The notes under the pieces were generated by a model that was not told the DNA's origin, did no database searches, and saw only the letters and a list, made by a program, of their open reading frames with translations. Below are positions 33,637 to 36,868 of a stretch of 36,868 nt of DNA, piece by piece (within the stretch, counting starts at the first letter, position 1; each line of letters begins with the position of its first letter). Both the position numbers and the translations under genes were made by a program. Source of the stretch: a virus (lineage: Duplodnaviria > Caudoviricetes); IMG/VR virus record IMGVR_UViG_3300033067_000795, positions 1 through 36,868 of that record, one strand, 5' to 3'.

Positions 33637-34128
33637 ATGGACACCACCACCGTCACCAGTCGCGACGTGCAGTCCGACAACTACAAGCGCCTGACGGCCT
33701 CCCGGCTTTCGGCCGGACAGCAGCGGGTCATGAATGCCGTGCTGCTGGCCCATGCCCGCGGCCAGCGTGACCTGAGCACCACCGAGATCTGCCTCGTCAT
33801 GGAAGAGCAGCTCGGCCGCCGTGTCGCGTCGAACGACATCAGCGGACGCATCACCGAGCTGGTGACGGCGGGCATCCTGGCGCGACGTGTCTTTGCCAGG
33901 GCCTGCAGCGTGACGGGCAACATCTGCGGCCCGGTATTCGCCGTGGCAAAACAGGCCGAGCTGGGCCTGGCGGTGAATGCCCGTTCCGATATCCACGGTG
34001 CGGCCAAGTCGCGCGCCGACATCGCCCGCAGCGCGACACCCGTCAGCGAGCCCCGCACCAGCGGCATGCCGCCCGAAGTGCGCGCCAGGCTGGCCGCGAT
34101 CAGGCATGCCGCTGCGCAGGGCAAGTGA
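33637..34128 (+). CDS. Winged-helix DNA-binding hypothetical protein
   Basis: DLSTTEI.....ISGRITELV.AG......R.CSVTG. Confidence 0.68.
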   Translation: MDTTTVTSRDVQSDNYKRLTASRLSAGQQRVMNAVLLAHARGQRDLSTTEICLVMEEQLGRRVASNDISGRITELVTAGILARRVFARACSVTGNICGPVFAVAKQAELGLAVNARSDIHGAAKSRADIARSATPVSEPRTSGMPPEVRARLAAIRHAAAQGK

Positions 34129-34172
34129 TTCACATGGCGTTGCCTGCGGCCAGCATCCAAACAGCAGGCATG

Positions 34173-34230
34173 AAAAAGCCCACCGTCAACGCTGAAGCAA
34201 CAGCTCGGGTGGGCTACTCGAAAGATGAGT
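34173..34230 (-). ncRNA. oop-like short antisense RNA upstream of the O-like gene
   Basis: Minus promoter TTGAGG-N17-TATCAT (34265-34237) and terminator AGCCCACC...GGTGGGCTTTTT ending near 34173. Confidence 0.55.
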
Positions 34231-34316
34231 AACGCAATGATAAACGAAAGCTATTCCGGCCTCAAGGGCTGGATTGATATCGCAGTGTCTACTTCCGCAG
34301 GGCAGGGGGGTGAACA

Positions 34317-35111
34317 GTGAGCATCGCCCTCATGACAGAAGCCTGGAAGTCCGACATGCCGTCGGGCCGCAAGTTCGTGCTGCTCAGCCTGTGCGACAAC
34401 GCCAACGACCAGGGAGGGTGCTACCCCTCGATCCCCATGATCGCCAAGCGCTGCAGCATGTCCGAGCGCACCGTCCAGGGCCACATTCAGGACCTCAAGA
34501 AGGCCGGCATCCTGACCGTGCTCGAGCGCTACGGCCGCAGCTCGATCTACACCATCAACCCCCGCAGAATCTGCACCCCCGCAGAATCTGCACCCCCGCA
34601 GAATCTGCACCCCACCCCCGCAGAATCTGCACCCATAACCGTCATAGAACCGTCAATAGAACCATCAAGGAACCATCACACACCGCGCAAGGCGGTGCAG
34701 GTGGTCAAGCCTGAAGGTGTTGACGAACAGGTCTGGACCGACTTCCTGGCCATCCGAAAGGCCAAGCGCAGCCCGCTGTCGGCCACCGCCCTGGCTGGCA
34801 TCGGCCGCGAAGCCGACAAGGCGGGCATCACCCTGGCAGACGCCCTGGTCGTCTGCTGCGAGCGCGGCTGGGCTGCCTTCCGTGCCGACTGGCATGCCGG
34901 CCGCAGCGCCGCCAACCTGCCGCGTACCGCCGCCACCCAGCAGCCCGAGACCTTCCGGGAGCGCGACGAGCGCCTGGCCCGCGAGCGCTGGGAGCAGGCG
35001 ACCGGCCTGCGCCACCCCGAGTCGATCGCCGCTGACCACCGCGTCGCCGATGTGATCGACATCACGCCGGCCATGCCCGTTGCCGCCACCTTCCCCGCCA
35101 TCCCGTTCTGA
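34317..35111 (+). CDS. Replication initiator (O-like; HTH_36 N-terminus)
   Basis: KFVLLSLCDNANDQG.CYPSI..IA.RCSMSERTVQ; W.DF...RKAKR.PL..TA; C.ERGW..F..DW. Confidence 0.9.
   Translation: MSIALMTEAWKSDMPSGRKFVLLSLCDNANDQGGCYPSIPMIAKRCSMSERTVQGHIQDLKKAGILTVLERYGRSSIYTINPRRICTPAESAPPQNLHPTPAESAPITVIEPSIEPSRNHHTPRKAVQVVKPEGVDEQVWTDFLAIRKAKRSPLSATALAGIGREADKAGITLADALVVCCERGWAAFRADWHAGRSAANLPRTAATQQPETFRERDERLARERWEQATGLRHPESIAADHRVADVIDITPAMPVAATFPAIPF
34558..34678. repeat. Origin within the O-like gene: ACCCCCGCAGAATCTGC x4 plus AACC(G/A)TCA x4
   Basis: Copies at 34558, 34575, 34592 and 34614; core GCAGA-A-TCTGC is palindromic; A-rich repeats follow. Confidence 0.85.
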
Positions 35112-35127
35112 GCCCAGGAGACCCAAC

Positions 35128-35592
35128 ATGCACCACGCCATCACCCACGAACCGCTGCCGCAAGCCTGGATCGAAAAGCTGTTCCGCAAGCTGCAGGCGC
35201 GCTACGGCAAGGCCTTCCTGGGCCAGTACGACGGCGTTCCGCTGACCGACGTCATGGCCGACTGGGCCGACGAGCTGGCCGGGTTTGTCGCCCGCCCCGA
35301 GGCCATCGCCCACGCCGTTGCCAACCTGCCGGAACGGGCGCCCAACGTCACCCAGTTCCGCGCCCTGTGCGTCGGCGCTCCCAGTGCGGCACCGGCCTTG
35401 CCTCCGGTGCAGGCCGACCCGGCCCGCGCGCAGGCTGCGCTGGCACAGGTCAGCCGCGCCGCTCCGCAGTCCGACCGCTACACCGACTGGATTCGCCGCG
35501 GCCTGGCCGACCTCGAGTCGGGCGTCAAGCGCTCGCCGACCGTGATCCGCATGCTGCGCGAAGCGGCCGCAGCCAAAGGGGTCGCAGCGTGA
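35128..35592 (+). CDS. Replication protein P-like (putative helicase loader)
   Basis: WIEKLF.KL.ARYG..F..QY, W..EL, P...QFR.LC; follows the initiator; AGGAG RBS. Confidence 0.7.
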   Translation: MHHAITHEPLPQAWIEKLFRKLQARYGKAFLGQYDGVPLTDVMADWADELAGFVARPEAIAHAVANLPERAPNVTQFRALCVGAPSAAPALPPVQADPARAQAALAQVSRAAPQSDRYTDWIRRGLADLESGVKRSPTVIRMLREAAAAKGVAA

Positions 35593-35792
35593 GCCGTTCC
35601 CAGACTCCGAACCGCCTGCCACCGTTGACGGCGCGCCAGCTGGCCGCCGTCGACACGGCCGGCACCGATGGCCGCCGCTACGCCCACAAGATCATCGGCA
35701 ACCACGAGCGCGGCCTGCGCGTCGATCCGGCCGAGCTGCTGTACGCGCGCCAGATCCTGGCCTACTGGGCCAGCCTGCGGGAGGCCACCTGA
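35589..35792 (+). CDS. Hypothetical protein
   Basis: GTGA overlap; D.RRYA.KI...HERG motif. Confidence 0.6.
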   Translation: MSRSQTPNRLPPLTARQLAAVDTAGTDGRRYAHKIIGNHERGLRVDPAELLYARQILAYWASLREAT

Positions 35793-36049
35793 CATGGACC
35801 GACACCTTCACCCGCACGGCCGAGCACTACGCGGCCATGGCCATGACGCGCGGCTGCTGGCAGTACGCCCAGGCCCAGGTGACCAGCATGGAGCAGGACC
35901 CGGAGCACGGCCACCACTGGCAGGGCCTGCGGGCCGAGGTGGGCAGGCGGATCAGGGCGGCCGGGTTCAGACCCTCAGCCAACGACCTGGCTGCGTTCGA
36001 GCGCGAGCCGGCGCCGTTGCAGCCGTCACGGCATTGGCGTGGGGGGTGA
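35789..36049 (+). CDS. Hypothetical protein, possible CTG start (ATG at 35837 is the alternative)
   Basis: GGAGG RBS before CTGA overlap; open frame TWTDTFTRTAEHYAAMAMTRGCWQYA... Confidence 0.5.
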   Translation: MTWTDTFTRTAEHYAAMAMTRGCWQYAQAQVTSMEQDPEHGHHWQGLRAEVGRRIRAAGFRPSANDLAAFEREPAPLQPSRHWRGG

Positions 36050-36053
36050 CGCA

Positions 36054-36791
36054 ATGATCCAGATCCAGATCAGTGGCATGGATGAGGTTCGGCGGCAATT
36101 GGGCGCGCTGTCTCGGCAGGCCGACTTTGCCGCCAGCCAGGCGCTCAACACCACGGCGTTTGCAGTCAACACCCGGATCAAGGCGGACATGCAGCAGGTT
36201 TTCCAGGGCGGAGCGACACCATACACGCTGCGGGCGTTCCAGGTGGACAAGGCCAGCAAATCCAAGCTGCAGGCATCCGTGATGCTGCGCACCGATGCAC
36301 CAGGCGGCAGCGGCACCGCCTACGACAAGGCGCTGCGCCACCTGTTCACCAGCGGCACGCGAGACTGGAAAAAGCTCGAGGGCTACCTGCGCGCCCGCGG
36401 CCTGATGCCTGCCGGCCTCATGGCTGTGCCGGGCGAAGATTGCCCGCTCGATGGGCGCGGCAACATCCGCAGGCCTGCGCTGCGCGAGATGCTGGGCTCG
36501 CTGTCATCAGGTCGGTCAGGCATGCGCACCTACGGCAGACGGGGAGGCGGTGCGCGCGCGGTCGGCTATTTCGTCGTCATGCCGGGTCAGCGCAGCCACC
36601 TGAAGCCCGGCATTTACAAGCGGATCGAAACCGGCGGCAGCAGCGCGTTGAGCCCGATGGTGATGTTCGTGCGGCCGGGCAGCTGGCGGCAGTTCATCAG
36701 CCTCGATGTCATAGGTCGTGAGGTGGTGTCCACGACACTCCAGCCTGAGTTTGACCGCGCGCTCGATGCTGCGCTGAGGACGGCAAGGTGA
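36054..36791 (+). CDS. Lambda gpZ-like minor tail/neck protein placed before cos
   Basis: I.I.GMDEV...L, FA.SQALN.TA, F...TPYT..AF, F..ALD.ALRTAR. Confidence 0.65.
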   Translation: MIQIQISGMDEVRRQLGALSRQADFAASQALNTTAFAVNTRIKADMQQVFQGGATPYTLRAFQVDKASKSKLQASVMLRTDAPGGSGTAYDKALRHLFTSGTRDWKKLEGYLRARGLMPAGLMAVPGEDCPLDGRGNIRRPALREMLGSLSSGRSGMRTYGRRGGGARAVGYFVVMPGQRSHLKPGIYKRIETGGSSALSPMVMFVRPGSWRQFISLDVIGREVVSTTLQPEFDRALDAALRTAR

Positions 36792-36841
36792 GTGGCGGTC
36801 CGCGCGCCGTCTGCCGGCTGTGCCAGCCTCCCCCCGGGCAT

Positions 36842-36868
36842 GGGTCCTCCCTGGGGCTGAGCAGGGCG
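36842..36868 (+). other. cosQ-like GGGTCCT and right half of cosN
   Basis: GGGTCCT (36842-36848) equals lambda cosQ and lies 20 nt before the end; terminal CAGGGCG pairs with 13-19. Confidence 0.72.

Larger units (their letters stand above)
1..36868. mobile_element. Complete temperate lambda-like (siphovirus) phage genome, linear from cos to cos, attP intact
   Basis: Full packaging, head, tail, lysis, integration, immunity and replication gene set; the ends join into a symmetric cos-like site; no host genes seen. Confidence 0.92.

Overview
The window looks like a complete ~36.9 kb temperate, lambda-like siphovirus genome in its linear, virion-like form. It is GC-rich, and a betaproteobacterial (Burkholderiales-like) host is my inference from gene content. 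It appears to be opened exactly at cos: joining the ends gives CAGGGCG|GGTAATGCGAGC-CGCCCTG, a 12-nt core flanked by 7-bp inverted repeats, with a cosQ-like GGGTCCT 20 nt before the end. Gene order is terS, terL (gpA type), Mor-like activator, gpW, lambda-type portal, protease-capsid fusion, DUF2190, head-tail/tail genes, frameshifted tail chaperones, tape measure, tail-tip protein, DUF1566 tail fibre, fibre chaperone and lysis genes. An intact attP, tyrosine integrase and AlpA-like Xis follow, then a long leftward early operon, a TA-like cassette, cI/cro, an O/P-like replication module and a gpZ-like gene. The most notable items are four. (1) An acrIE3-like/aca4-like anti-CRISPR operon with its own promoter and operator sits antisense inside the lysis cassette. 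(2) A second replicon-like module in the left arm has an HTH initiator with four 22-bp-spaced iterons and a DnaA box, then a membrane/coiled-coil/winged-helix protein whose gene carries six phased 16-bp quasi-palindromes; both units are headed by the same duplicated three-way-junction RNA-like element. (3) The tail fibre has DGR variable-region signatures, but I found no RT, Avd or template repeat in the genome. (4) A three-gene DUF4258/DUF2283/HTH cassette occupies the rex position. All family assignments come from motif recognition and recalled sequences, not database searches.
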